A stretch of DNA of 63,664 nt, counting the filler, from Octopus bimaculoides (taxonomy: Eukaryota): NCBI RefSeq assembly GCF_001194135.2. It is 4 parts of 4 records of this genome, joined end to end, with 100 filler letters (N's around TTAATTAATTAA, not from the genome) between each part and the next. Parts side by side here need not be neighbours in the genome. Positions count along the whole stretch, not along the records: positions 36,702 to 63,664 come from NC_068987.1; 3 more parts are not named here. One strand, written 5' to 3'. Numbering within the stretch: position 1 is the stretch's first letter; each line of letters begins with the position of its first letter. A model generated the notes under the pieces. It did no database searches. It had not been told where the DNA came from and saw only the letters and a program-made list of their open reading frames with translations. The position numbers and the translations under genes were made by a program. Of this stretch, positions 38,901-52,689 are shown one piece after another.

Positions 38901-39305
38901 CAATGTGATGATTGTGATGGTGGTGACTGCATTTTATTGATTGTGACGTTTACAGCAAAGACAGTTGTTGTTTTTTAACCCATGGTCAGCCCTGATCGAG
39001 TAGTTGCATCATCAAAGATATTCCAGCCGTGACTACTCCGTCTTCTCTATCTTTTGTTAAGCGTATATCAGGCTACATAATCTAATTCAGTTTTTTGTTT
39101 TTATTTTTGTTTTTCGTACGGAGTGAATTAAGGGAGATTTTCAAAACTATTCCTAATCTCGAAGAGTCTCCCTCGGTGGCTCTGAACAATGCAGCAGCAG
39201 CAGTAGCAGCAGCAGCAGTAGCAGCAGCAGCAGTAGCAGCAGCAGCAGTAGCAGTAGCAGTAGTAGTTGTAGTAGTAGTAGTAGTAGTAGTAGTAGCAGC
39301 AGCAG

Positions 39306-39363
<58 letters not shown>

Positions 39364-39364
39364 T

Positions 39365-39700
39365 TATGTTTGACTTTTGTTTTGCATTTGTACAAGTTGG
39401 ATCCAAGTCTCACCCAGAGACCTCAAGAGACAACAAGTTAGACGTTCATGTAGGTGTTATGCCTAGGGTACCATATATTTGGATTTGTACAGTTTTGTTC
39501 AAGTGAGTGTTTAAGAAATCATAAGAAAATTATGTTTGCTTTAAAATTTGAGATCACATAGACAGTATTTTACGTAGGATATGGGCAGTTCCCATGAGCA
39601 CTATCTTTTGAACTTCANNNNNNNNNNNNNNNNNNNNNNNNNNNNNNNNNNNNNNNNNNNNNNCAGGACACCTATGACAATAGGTATTGTTTTCGTCTTC
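39365..39700 (-). mobile_element. R4/Dong-like LINE 3' end within (TAA)n
   Basis: Minus strand KTKTIPIVIGVL[gap]EVQKIVLMGTAHILRKILSM*; the 3' UTR contains TGAGGTCTCTGGGTGAGACTTGGA (compare TGAGGTCCTTGTTGTGACTTGA at ~23550); (ATT)n at 39307-39364 and 39701-39734. Confidence 0.85.
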
Positions 39701-39790
<90 letters not shown>

Positions 39791-40496
39791 CAGCAGCAGC
39801 AGTGGTGGGTTGGTTATTGATGGTAACTGAAACAGAAATCGCTGTAACGAATTAAGTTAAAAGGTGATGTATGGAAAACTGTACGAAAATGATTTTCCTT
39901 CTGAGTGGAGAAAGGCAAACTAAAAAGCTAGTGGCAGTTATTAGTGGGTCTAAAGAGAAAGGAGAGATATTTATTAGGCATTGAAAAACAAAATCTGAAT
40001 TTTGTTGCTCTGTTAATATGTTAGCGTACGTGATATTAGCTGTTATAAGCTCGAAGTTGAGCGACTCCTGTTGCTTTGTGTTCGAAATTGATGCAAAATT
40101 GCTTTCACACAGAGCTCTAAACCAAAGATGGAACTCAGTTAAAATATAAGATTTCTGCCACTAGTTAAAATATAAGATTTCTGCCACTCAAAACAATGAA
40201 TTTCGCCATCATCTCACCATCAATTGAGTTTCTATGAGGTCATTCGTCGTTCTAAAAATAGTGGCCAAATCACACTTATGTCACACACTACCGTTTTAAA
40301 ATATGATATATCGGATAATGGAGTATTACATAATACTAAAAAAGACCGGACGATCATTGTTGGGTTACTTTTATTCATCGATCTGCAAAACCAGATCATC
40401 ATTTCATCACTTTCGGGGTCAATAAAATAAGTACCAGTTGAACACTAGGATCGATGTAACAAAATTTGAAATCAATATTACAAGACGTCAGAAGTC

Positions 40497-40722
40497 GACT
40501 GAAGCTGCCAGAATCGTTAGCACGCCGGGAAAAATACTTAGCGGCACTTCGTCGGTTTTTACATTCTGATTTAAAATTCCGCCTAGGTCGACTTTGCCGT
40601 CCGGCAAAAGTGACCGATAGTATAAATGCCTTACTTCAAAATAAGAACTGGGAGCAATTCATTCGACTAAACCTTTCAGTACAGTGCTCCAGCATGCGGA
40701 CTGCCCAATGGCTGAAACAAGT
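40497..40722 (+). mobile_element. Chimeric SINE: family B head plus family A 3' half
   Basis: CAGAATCGTTAGCACGCCGGG..GGTCGACTTTGCC joined at ~40598 to GTCCGGCAAAAGTGACCGATAG..CAGTGCTCCAGCATG..GCTGAAACAAGT. Confidence 0.7.
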
Positions 40723-41540
40723 GGATGATAGACAAAAATGAACTAGCTACAAGAGAGTTCCGAAGCTGTCTGAAAATATACTAAAATAACAGAATGGCGT
40801 AAAATAAAATAACAATATTGATAAGAACAATGATATTAGCAGTCATATCCGCAATAAGGATAAAAATCGAGCGCAAGGAAAATGAAAATATTGACAGTGA
40901 CGATAGCAATCTAATTATAATGGACAAGGAAGCAATTAAAACATATGTATGTAACCAATACTACAACGACCTTTCTGTTCAATGTAAAATGAATGATAAA
41001 TTTAATTATAATGGAAAAGGGAAGCATTCAAAATATATCTATATATCTAAAACTATAGCAATCTCGCCGTTCTGTAAATCTAATTTTAATGGAGAAAGAA
41101 ACAATAAAAATATATCTATGTAACGAATACTACGATAGCTTCAGTTTCGTAGTTTAATTTGAACGTTTCAGCTTGGCTGTCATCCCTTTTCAATTAAATC
41201 GAACAATGAGTCACGCACTCTGAAGTAGCCTCCCCATTTCTACTTTTAAATGTGTTTACTTCGTCATCGCTGTATTTAAAAACGACGCATATAAAATATC
41301 ATGTCTGTATTGTTGAAAGGTTCATCCACGTCTTAGATTGAAATAAACTTGACCTCATTCTGGTTTTAAAATTTATCATGATAGAGAAATTATATTAGAT
41401 AATTCCTTTCCTTAGACAGGTTCGACGATTGTAGGATTTTTCTCGAAGCCTACCAATCACTGTTTACTTTCATGACACTAGCAGTAATCTGCATATGAAC
41501 AATTGTATTATACACATAAGAAAATATACGTACATATGTG

Positions 41541-41582
<42 letters not shown>

Positions 41583-42142
41583 TATTCACTGTACTTGCCT
41601 CAAGGCTTAGAATCGAAACCTAACAGGTTTACTAATTAGGATAAGACCATATTTAGATCAGGCGACGCGCCCTGAATATCAACCTACCAGCTTGCAGAAA
41701 TATTACCCCATATTATAGAATATTCTATGATGTTTCCCGCGTAAGCAGATGTTATATATAAGCAACAATCTGAGCAAGCAGGGCCAGAGAGGCAGATAAA
41801 TGGCTGAGGACTCTTATGCGAACGGACAGAGACAACAAGTCTTTAATAAGACAAAGCTCTTTCATTGCTGCTCAACTTCAGGTTAAAGGAATCTTTGACT
41901 ATGAACAATAGAGTATATTCTTGCTCCTCACAAACTATTCGTTTTTGTTATTGATGTAACTACGTATTACATTCATTTCTAGCACACTACTGACTCACTA
42001 CAGGCAAGCATCCGCATATTTATGTAAATATTGTGATATACTATTGAAAAAATATATCTTAATCAAAAATCGTTTGGAGTTGGCTTCATTATGGGACAGC
42101 ACGCAACCTAAACATCATACCAATATATTAATGCCGATATAG

Positions 42143-42320
42143 GGCGGTGAGGTGGTAGAATCGTTAGCACGCCGGGAAGAATGCTTAGCTGCATTTTGTC
42201 CGTCTTTAAGTTCTGAGTTCAAATTGCGCCGAGGTCGACTTTGCCTATCGTTCTTTCGTAGACGGTAAAGTAAGTACCAGTTGAGCACTAAGATCGACTT
42301 ACCCCGTCCCCTGAAAGTAC
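42143..42320 (+). mobile_element. SINE family B
   Basis: GGCGGTGAGGTGGTAGAATCGTTAGCACGCCGGG..GAGTTCAAATTGCGCCGAGGTCGACTTTGCC..AAGTACCAGTTGAGCACT. Confidence 0.85.
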
Positions 42321-42692
42321 TTGACTTTATTTTACCGATCCCCAAAAGATGAAAGGCAAAGTTGGCCTCGGTGGTATATAAACGCAGACTGTAAAGAGCC
42401 GAAAGTATCCGTATTATATTAAAGACGTACGTATGTGCAAACACAATTACAAAAATCACTAGATAAAAATTTGCTACAAGTCATTTGTGTTATACTAAAA
42501 AGACGTTTGTACATATTCGGATCCAAGGAAACCTCAACTGCTAGAGCGTGTGCTGTTTGTGAATGCATAAATAAACAAGTATACATATTGCATTCATGCA
42601 TACATACATACATACATACATACATACGTATATCTGAATTATACCTATGTTTGTGCATGTGTGTACATATACATATGTATGTATACGTATGC

Positions 42693-42723
<31 letters not shown>

Positions 42724-43121
42724 GTGGAGGCGCAACGGCCCAGTGGTTAGGGCAGTGGTCTCGCGGTCGTAGGATCGAGGTTTCATCATTTCCAGACCGG
42801 GCATTGTGAGTGTTTATTGAGCGAAAACACCAAAAGTTCCACGAGGCTCCGGCAGGGGATGGTGGCAAACCCTGCTGTACTCTTTCACTACAACTTTCTC
42901 TCCCTCTTTCTTCCTATTTCTGTTGTACCTGTATTTCAAAGGGCCAACCTTCTCACACTCTGTGCCACGCTGAATTTCCCGAGAACTACGGTAAGGGTAC
43001 ACGTGTCTATGGAGTGCTCAGCCACTTGCACGTTAATTTCACGAGCAAGCCATTCCGTTGATCGGATCAACTAGAACCCTCGTCGTCGTAACCGACGGAG
43101 TGCCAACCAACCAACCAACAT
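42724..43121 (+). mobile_element. SINE family C, full length, tail type 1
   Basis: GTGGAGGCGCAACGGCCCAGTGGTTAGGGC (A box), degenerate B box, about 200 bp shared with 49264, ending CGACGGAGTG(CCAA)n. Confidence 0.85.
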
Positions 43122-44159
43122 NNNNNNNNNNNNNNNNNNNNNNNNNNNNNNNNNNNNNNNNNNNNNNNNNNNNNNNNNNNNNNNNNNNNNNNNNNNNNAT
43201 ATATATATATATATATATACTCTCTGTTTTTATATGTATGTCAATGAGTCAGAACAAACATGATCTAATTAACAAACATGCTACTGTAAGATACATCAAT
43301 ATGGATACTTATTTTATTTGTCTGGATTTCACAAATATGTTATTATGGTTGCCTCAAGATGACTTTTCGTTATTTTCAAAAATTTTGCGTACACGTTTTG
43401 ACTTTAGCTTGTTGCATGCAGGTTCCTATAACAAGTTGCATAGCATCGGCTTCTGAATATCGACATTTCTTCGTTTATGTGGAACCAAAAGAATTTTTTG
43501 TACTCAACAAGAGAAATTTGCAATTCAACTATCACGTATCTTTCAAGTCTCAAAGCATGTATTAAACGAATTTCTGCAGTTCAGAAGTGTCCGATTAAAC
43601 ATTACAAATAATCAAGAAGTAACTTCGTTGTTTAACAAAATATTTTATCCAAAAGTTTACATGGTATTTGTTATCCATATCATCACATTTTTATACGGAT
43701 CATTATAAACCCAAACGTTTTATGAACTTTACCAGTACACGCTTGTAAAAAAGAAGCATGCTACTCAATGATCTCGAATGACAATTTTAAAGCAACTATG
43801 AGTAAAGCTTTCCACTGAAAGCAAAACCCGGAATAAACAAGCTATTTTACATTATTAGACTGATCAAAATATAATAGATCTGTTCTACTAGAAGTATCCA
43901 TGAAGACTTTTGCTATTCCTCCCAATTTAGACGTAAAGAATAGTTTGATCTTTGGCTGAATCTCCTACAGACATGGAATTCTTATTGATATTCTTAAGCG
44001 GAATTACCGGCATGATCCATCCGATGAGATTCTACACAGCTTCCATCTATCTAATTTCATTCACAAGTTATTGATATGTTTTCCATCCAATCAATTCATT
44101 CAATACACTTCATTATATATGTCTATATATATATATATGTGTGTGTGTATGTGTGTGTG

Positions 44160-44207
<48 letters not shown>

Positions 44208-45142
44208 ACATTAATTTATACACTATTAATTTACTCCCCCTCCACCAAAAAAAAAACAAAATTAGCTATTACCTCCCTACTTCTGATAATAACAGTCATT
44301 GATTACATCCCCTAAGATTTATTTATTCATTTATTTACCAATTATCTGATCTCCTACCAATATCGAATCACAACAACTAATTATAGCAGCATGAAATTAT
44401 AGCATCACCACCAACTGCCCAATCATGAATAGCTCAGATAAGCGAAACCGGTTGATTATATAGATATTTTATTTCATAATTGTTTTTCAGCAGAAGAATT
44501 TGACTACATTTTACCTTTTATTTTTATTATAATTCACCGTCTGGAGATTTTCTCTAATTTTTTAATTATATTTTCGCATACTACATTTGTGTGAATATTC
44601 TTTTGTATGTCTCTATGTATAGACGTTTATAGATAATTATATAGATGGGTATTATGTGAGGCACAGAGAGCTTTTGTTATAACTAGAACCAAGAGCTGTT
44701 TAAAATAATTCATTTTTGTTGCCATACTACTTTTATATTTTGTGCAGTCGGTCCTCTGTCGACCTGTTCTGGTGGTTATTGCCAAAGTTGTTGGTACAAA
44801 ATGTTAGCTAAAATGTTCCTCAGCTTGCATAGAAAATACAAAACTGCAACCTCCTCCAAAATAGTGCCCAGTCTGCATCATCTTCCAAGAGATATATTCT
44901 CTAACCATTTTCACGTTAATTTGCTCAGACACATCAAGAAAATATGTTGTGATCCTGAAGTGGAGATGGGACATGAATATTCTAAAGACTTAATTGCAGT
45001 ATTAAAAGTTTTCACTTAAAAATCATATCTTCCCAAAATTAGTTTGAGTTTCAAATATCACGGAAAATGGAAAATAATTTATCCTTTTATTGTTTCGCCT
45101 TTATATTTATATTTCCTCTTTTCTTTTACATGATTTAGCTAT

Positions 45143-45257
45143 TGGGCTACTATAGCCTCGGGCCAACCAAAGCCTCGTGAGTGGATTTGGTAGAAGGAAA
45201 CTGAAAGAAGCCCATCGTATATATGTATATGTATATATATATATATANNNNNNNNNN

Positions 45258-45309
<52 letters not shown>

Positions 45310-45515
45310 TCTGTGTCTTTATGTCTATGTTTGTCCCCACCACCATCACTTGACAACCGATGTTGGTGTGTTTACCTCCCCGTAATTTAACGGTTCGGCG
45401 AAAGAGACCGATAGAATAAGTGTCAGGCTTACAAAGAATAAGTCCTGGGGGCGATTTGTTCGACCAAAGGCAGTGCTCCAGCATGGTCACAGTCAAATGA
45501 TTGCAACGAATGAAA
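45143..45515 (+). mobile_element. SINE family A, 5'-truncated, with internal (TA)n
   Basis: CTACTATAGCCTCGGGCCAACCAAAGCC..GAAACTGAAAGAAGCCC-(TA)n-..CTTGACAACCGATGTTGG..CTCCAGCATGGTCACAGTCAAATGA. Confidence 0.9.
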
Positions 45516-45880
45516 GAAAAAAATTTAAAAGAAAGAAATTCAAACGTGAAATGATATGATTCTTTTGTTTCATAGAAACAAGGCTTGAAATTTCAAGGAG
45601 AAAGAGTTCGTGAATTGCATCGATCCCAGCACTTGACTGATATTTGTTTTATACAGCCCTAAACGACGAAAGGCAAAATCGACCACGGCGAAATTTGAAC
45701 TCGGAGCGTAAAAGGTCGGAAGAAAATACCGCCAAGCATTTTGTCAGACGCAGTAACAATTTTACCAGCTGGCCTTTTAGGTACGAAGCATTATAATAGT
45801 TCTTTTCTATCTTTCATGAAATGTGATGTTGTATATTTTATATATGCATAAATGTATGTATATATATCTGTATGTGCGCG

Positions 45881-45925
<45 letters not shown>

Positions 45926-46126
45926 ATGTATATATTTTTTTATCATTAAAACTAATGAATAGAGCTTGCCTTGCGCCTCGAGTTTCATTCTGCTGCAATC
46001 TTCAGGTGCACACTGATATGGAATGCGAATCATGAGACAAGCTCTCAGCTGCAGTTTTAATAACTATATCCTCTACGACATGTGTTGAGCACCCCGATCG
46101 CATTCACCTGATATTGGGCCACATAC

Positions 46127-46181
<55 letters not shown>

Positions 46182-46927
46182 TGTGTGTGTGTTTGTGCGT
46201 GTGTGAGCTGTGCATAGAATCTGTGTTGATGCTAAAGTAGAAAAGCACCCAGTATAATCACCAATTATAAGTACACGAATGTTTTTAAGAGAGTAAAGTG
46301 TGTTTTGAGAATGATTCAGCTGATACTTCTACCATATCGCATAACTTCGTAGAGACTCGCACACAGGGCTACATAATTTTTCACTATCGTGTATGGATAG
46401 CGATCTTAAAACTTTAAGGTTTATAACGATTTACATAGTAGCTTTGTGATAAGGAAACCTTGTAGCGTATTGGCATTTGAATTAGGTATTCTGTAAAACT
46501 TCGCAAAGTTGCTCGCGTTTATTATTGATTCATAAGATATTTCTAAACTGCAGATATTCATTTAATACATGCATTGGGATTAGAAAGACACGTGATACTT
46601 AAGACTGTAAATTTCCCTTGCTGGTTCGAAATTTTTTTTTATCAGCTTTGCATAGACGAAGAAATGTTGATATTCAGAACTACTGAAACATATCCGGTTA
46701 TAGGTACGTGCATGTTAAAATGTAAAGCCAAAATGTGTTTGCAAAATTTTTGAAAGAGAATCGTGTTCATACATACAAACTTAACATGTTTATGAAACCG
46801 AGACAGGAAGAAAATAAGTATCAATATGAATGCATCTCACAATAGCATGTTTTGCAAAATAGATAATGCTTCTTCTGATTCATTGTTATAAATGTATAAG
46901 TAAAAGAATAGATAGATAAATAGATAG

Positions 46928-46980
<53 letters not shown>

Positions 46981-46991
46981 NNNNNNNNNNA

Positions 46992-46993
46992 TG

Positions 46994-47060
<67 letters not shown>

Positions 47061-47070
47061 GGGATAGGTA

Positions 47071-47110
<40 letters not shown>
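46992..47110. repeat. (GATA)n/(GACA)n microsatellite
   Basis: Direct inspection. Confidence 0.95.
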
Positions 47111-47123
<13 letters not shown>

Positions 47124-48631
47124 TAGACAGACAGATGAATAAAGAGAGAAACAGACAGACATAATGCTATTGTTTTGTTCTTATGCACATTGATAAATAA
47201 AGATAGTCAAACATTTGTTAAAGGAACCCTTACAAGATTAAAGTAGGGTATCGTGTTTATTTTTACAAATAAAATCTTGACTACAACTTTGAATTTTATC
47301 GATCATTGGCTTATATATATAGATATATCGTTTTCACATCTACGTATATGTGTGCGTGAGTGTGAGTGTATGTGTGCGTATGTGTGCGTATGTGTGTGTG
47401 TGTGCGTATGTGTGTGTGTGTGTTTCAAGGTGATGGATTCTCTCGTCGATTTCAACGTATGAGCGTTTAGTCGTTTGATCAATTGACAAACTTATTCATT
47501 ACATTTGCATGTGACGCGTAATCTTAGCATCATTCGCCAGTAGAATTCATGAGTAGTGGACCTTTGAATTATAAATATAGTCCAAGCGAGGTACCTCTAC
47601 ATAAAGTCCGTTTATTCAGCTTCACTTATATGCTTTGCATTGATCCGGGGGTTTGGCAAAAGCATTTAACCAAATTGCCAAACAGTGGGATCCAACCTCC
47701 CGGTGCACAGTGATGCTCTTAGCTGCTTCCATATTTCAATGCATACACACACAGACACACAGACACCCCCNNNNNNNNNNNNNNNNNNNNNNNNNNNNNN
47801 NNNNNNNNNNNNNNNNNNNNNNNNNNNNNNNNNNNNNNNNNNNNNNNNNNNNNNNNNNNNNNNNNNNNNNNNNNNNNNNNNNNNNNNNNNNNNNNNNNNN
47901 NNNNNNNNNNNNNNNNNNNNNNNNNNNNNNNNNNNNNNNNNNNNNNNNNNNNNNNNNNNNNNNNNNNNNNNNNNNNNNNNNNNNNNNNNNNNNNNNNNNN
48001 NNNNNNNNNNNNNNNNNNNNNNNNNNNNNNNNNNNNNNNNNNNNNNNNNNNNNNNNNNNNNNNNNNNNNNNNNNNNNNNNNNNNNNNNNNNNNNNNNNNN
48101 NNNNNNNNNNNNNNNNNNNNNNNNNNNNNNNNNNNNNNNNNNNNNNNNNNNNNNNNNNNNNNNNNNNNNNNNNNNNNNNNNNNNNNNNNNNNNNNNNNNN
48201 NNNNNNNNNNNNNNNNNNNNNNNNNNNNNNNNNNNNNNNNNNNNNNNNNNNNNNNNNNNNNNNNNNNNNNNNNNNNNNNNNNNNNNNNNNNNNNNNNNNN
48301 NNNNNNNNNNNNNNNNNNNNNNNNNNNNNNNNNNNNNNNNNNNNNNNNNNNNNNNNNNNNNNNNNNNNNNNNNNNNNNNNNNNNNNNNNNNNNNNNNNNN
48401 NNNNNNNNNNNNNNNNNNNNNNNNNNNNNNNNNNNNNNNNNNNNNNNNNNNNNNNNNNNNNNNNNNNNNNNNNNNNNNNNNNNNNNNNNNNNNNNNNNNN
48501 NNNNNNNNNNNNNNNNNNNNNNNNNNNNNNNNNNNNNNNNNNNNNNNNNNNNNNNNNNNNNNNNNNNNNNNNNNNNNNNNNNNNNNNNNNNNNNNNNNNN
48601 NNNNNNNNNNNNNNNNNNNNNNNNNNNNNNN

Positions 48632-48671
<40 letters not shown>

Positions 48672-49263
48672 ATTACAGAAAATATCGAACGCAAAATAGC
48701 TGTGAAAACAGCTTAGAAGATTGGGTAAGTACCCGAAGAACACGGGCAAAAACGGGCAGCAAGCCACCACAGAGATTAGAACTTTATTGCTCTCAAATTC
48801 TGGTTGAACGCACTGTACCATTAAGCTAATTAAACCTGAGAACAGATGCTGTATTTTATAACGCTAAATAATAGCTTTTAGAATTTGGGAACATGTTTAT
48901 AAACGAACTTTGAAGCACCGAGTGAGTCAGCATTTTAAAGAAAAGGAAGGAATGTCGAACATAGAATAACTGTGAAATATGCACATATGTGAGTACATGC
49001 TCAAAGCAGTGATGGAAACTAAATAAATTTAAGAACAACGGTTTAAATCTGTGTGAGAGGTATTTGAACCACAGAGAAAGAAAATCTCATTTAAGTCGGG
49101 AAAAAAGGGTTAAAACACCATGGTCAGCCCAGAGCTCTCTCTCTGCTGGACTGATGGCTGCATTTCAAACTCGTTAGAGGCAGTGGTGAGCCGACCAGAA
49201 AACGTTACTTCCTTTATCGTAAATCAGTTGATATTAATTATTGATAGCGTATATTGGTAACCT

Positions 49264-49583
49264 GTGGAGGTGCAATTGCCCAGTGGTTAGGGCAACGGAC
49301 TCGTGGTCGGAGGATGGCGGTTTCGATTCCCAGACCGGGCGTTTATTAAGCGTGTTTATTGAGCGAAAACACCTGAAGCTCCACGAGGCTCTGGCAGGGG
49401 GTGGTGGCGACCCCTGTTGTACTCTTTCGCCCCAACTTTCTCTCACTCTTTCTTCCTGTTTCTTGAGTAAGCTGCGATGGACTGGCGTCCCGTCCAGCTG
49501 GGAATAGGGAACACATACGCCATAGAAACCTGGAAACCGGGCCCATGAGCCTGGCTAGGCTTTAAAGGGACGCATAAAAAAAT
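49264..49583 (+). mobile_element. SINE family C, tail type 2 (V-domain-like segment)
   Basis: Same head as 42724 with a clear B box GGTTTCGATTCCC; diverges after ~49463 into CTGCGATGGACTGGCGTCCCGTCCAG..GGGCCCATGAGCCTGGCTAGGCTTTAAAGGG. Confidence 0.8.
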
Positions 49584-49599
49584 ATTGGTTACCTAAATG

Positions 49600-49830
49600 T
49601 GTCAGTGATTCAATCTTTACGAGGGACTCAGTAACTCCGATATTCACCTTCCGCTCATTTGCGCATAATATAAAAAGATCGGACACCGAACGAACATGTT
49701 GGGAACGATATGGTCTCTGTGAGTATCTCTTCACCCATCTTGTATTTCTTACTGCGTGCATCTCGTATTTCTTGCTCAACGCGCGCCCTGCCAGGCTAAT
49801 GACATAAATCACATCATGTAACGTTTATTT
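49600..49830 (-). mobile_element. Decayed LINE RT N-terminal fragment (RTE-like)
   Basis: ISLAGRALSK..SQRPYRSQHVRSVSDLFILCANERK loosely matches ISL...GK+L..ESQ.GFR..RS..D.IF.LR...EK. Confidence 0.35.
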
Positions 49831-50211
49831 CGAATTAGCAACGTTGTACTGCTCTCTCTGAAGGCATTACCAGGTCCAAAACTTTTGGAAGTAGTCATAA
49901 ATTCAACGACTCGAAAATTTTCCAGAAGAGTCTGCTCAGTTGATTCTCATGTACTTCTAGATTATTACCAGATAACATTGTCTTCCACGGTCGTCATTAA
50001 CTCTCTATTGAGTACACCGGCTGGTGTTCCAACGGTTGCATTGCTTGACCGTTAATAGTATACCAGAACTTATACATGCAAGCAATTTATAGGGTACAGC
50101 ACTAACAGACATTGCATACATTATGTACAGTAATTTGAATACAATAGAAAAAGAAGACACACAAAGCTGTGTTCGTTTGTGCAAAACTAAAGCTCAAACG
50201 AATAAGTATAC

Positions 50212-50302
<91 letters not shown>

Positions 50303-51926
50303 TAACAACAACAACAATAGTGGAGAATAATTCCCTTTTATTATTCTTTTATTCAATATTGACTGTATGTATATTTACCAGTAAACTAGATAATGTTCGT
50401 ATTATAGAAACCAGAATATTCTCTAACTTTCAGAATTATCTTCCTATCAAGAAAACCGACTTTCACTCTGAAAGGAAACATAAATAAATAAAACGTTATA
50501 AATATTGTACATTTGTTGTTTTTCCTATTAGANNNNNNNNNNNNNNNNNNNNNNNNNNNNNNNNNNNNNNNNNNNNNNNNNNNNNNNNNNNNNNNNNNNN
50601 NNNNNNNNNNNNNNNNNNNNNNNNNNNNNNNNNNNNNNNNNNNNNNNNNNNNNNNNNNNNNNNNNNNNNNNNNNNNNNNNNNNNNNNNNNNNNNNNNNNN
50701 NNNNNNNNNNNNNNNNNNNNNNNNNNNNNNNNNNNNNNNNNNNNNNNNNNNNNNNNNNNNNNNNNNNNNNNNNNNNNNNNNNNNNNNNNNNNNNNNNNNN
50801 NNNNNNNNNNNNNNNNNNNNNNNNNNNNNNNNNNNNNNNNNNNNNNNNNNNNNNNNNNNNNNNNNNNNNNNNNNNNNNNNNNNNNNNNNNNNNNNNNNNN
50901 NNNNNNNNNNNNNNNNNNNNNNNNNNNNNNNNNNNNNNNNNNNNNNNNNNNNNNNNNNNNNNNNNNNNNNNNNNNNNNNNNNNNNNNNNNNNNNNNNNNN
51001 NNNNNNNNNNNNNNNNNNNNNNNNNNNNNNNNNNNNNNNNNNNNNNNNNNNNNNNNNNNNNNNNNNNNNNNNNNNNNNNNNNNNNNNNNNNNNNNNNNNN
51101 NNNNNNNNNNNNNNNNNNNNNNNNNNNNNNNNNNNNNNNNNNNNNNNNNNNNNNNNNNNNNNNNNNNNNNNNNNNNNNNNNNNNNNNNNNNNNNNNNNNN
51201 NNNNNNNNNNNNNNNNNNNNNNNNNNNNNNNNNNNNNNNNNNNNNNNNNNNNNNNNNNNNNNNNNNNNNNNNNNNNNNNNNNNNNNNNNNNNNNNNNNNN
51301 NNNNNNNNNNNNNNNNNNNNNNNNNNNNNNNNNNNNNNNNNNNNNNNNNNNNNNNNNNNNNNNNNNNNNNNNNNNNNNNNNNNNNNNNGATGTGGTGGTG
51401 GTGGATGTGGTGTTGGTGGTGGTAGTGGTGGTGGTGGTGGTGGTGGTGGTGGTGGTTTTGCGGTGATATTGTTCTTGTATTTGTTTTTACGCTGTTTTTC
51501 CTGAGGCTGTAAAAAATCGTAATAAAATTTCTAGACTTTCGCTAAATAGTAAAAGATAAAGATGAGAAAATTTTGAACCCGAAAATAAATATTTCCTCTA
51601 CGCATGCGCGCTTTGTGTTTCCGCTTGTACCTTGATTAAGTATACACATTTACACACAACATGTGCACTCACAAGCAGCTGCAAAAATAGAGACACAGTT
51701 ACACACGTATGCACTGATTCACACACGAACGACCACAGATATACATAACAAAACTCATAAACAATTACAAGCTCAGTAATAAACAGACACAAACATACAC
51801 ATATACACATACATATACAAACAGGCTTGCGTCTATACGCATACATGCACACATACATACATATATACATACATACAAATATACATACATACATACATAC
51901 ATACATACATACATACATACATACAT

Positions 51927-52131
51927 AAACATTGTCTAAGTACTAATCTTGAGAAATTAGGTTTCTCGAAACCAGAAAGGAGAAAGCTAATTCAATGACT
52001 ACAGACCCAAGCCATCACCGGAACTGTAAAAATCTGCAAAACTTTCCATTTAAGTATATATAAGCACGTTTAAATATGCAAGCATATGCATGACAAGACA
52101 GACATAAAATAAAACATACAAATTTGCACCT
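51927..52131 (+). mobile_element. RLE-type LINE 3' end within (CATA)n, copy 2
   Basis: CTAATCTTGAGAAATTAGGTTTCTCGAAACCAGAAAGGAGAAAGCTAATTC..CCATCACCGGAACTGTAAAAATCTGCAAAACTTTCC..AAACATACAAATTTGCAC is homologous to 25110-25317; (CATA)n on both sides. Confidence 0.75.
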
Positions 52132-52689
52132 ATACATACATACATACATACATACATACATACAGTAGTCAGGATTATATACCGGTGAAATGTGTCCTTA
52201 TTACAATTTTCCGAGATAAAATAAGTAAAAAAAATCACCAGATATGGTATTTAAAGTTGTTAACGAAATTGGTGATGAGTATTTACAGCAGTGTGATGAA
52301 CCCACATTCTGACAGATTAACGCCTGTCTATATGTTCTGGTTATTACTGCAAAGCAGTACGTGAATGGCATTCAAAAAGTAAACAAAACCGAAACAACAA
52401 ATTACCACCATTGGGTTTGAAGACAGAGAAACAGATAACTGGTTTACGAAGACCATCAGTTATTTAATGATGCTTATTGCGTGCAAACAAGCAAATTACT
52501 CTATGTTTCACCAACAGAAAGTAAAGAAAGAGATAGAGATGATGTTCGGAAACAGCAAAAAGAGGTCATTCACTTGCAAACTGATTACCCTCAAGCAGGA
52601 GCTAAAAACTGTCAGTGAAAAACTCTGACATCAGAAGAGAATAACCAAGAAAAGAACAATAAACCAAAAATTTAACTGTAACGCAGAAG

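Noticed and set aside
36880-40190. CRISPR-like reading of short direct repeats (24-bp at 36880, 24-bp at ~37350, 26-bp at ~40137, 15-bp at 58319)
   Set aside because: Head-to-tail tandem copies without unique spacers, in eukaryotic DNA with no cas genes.
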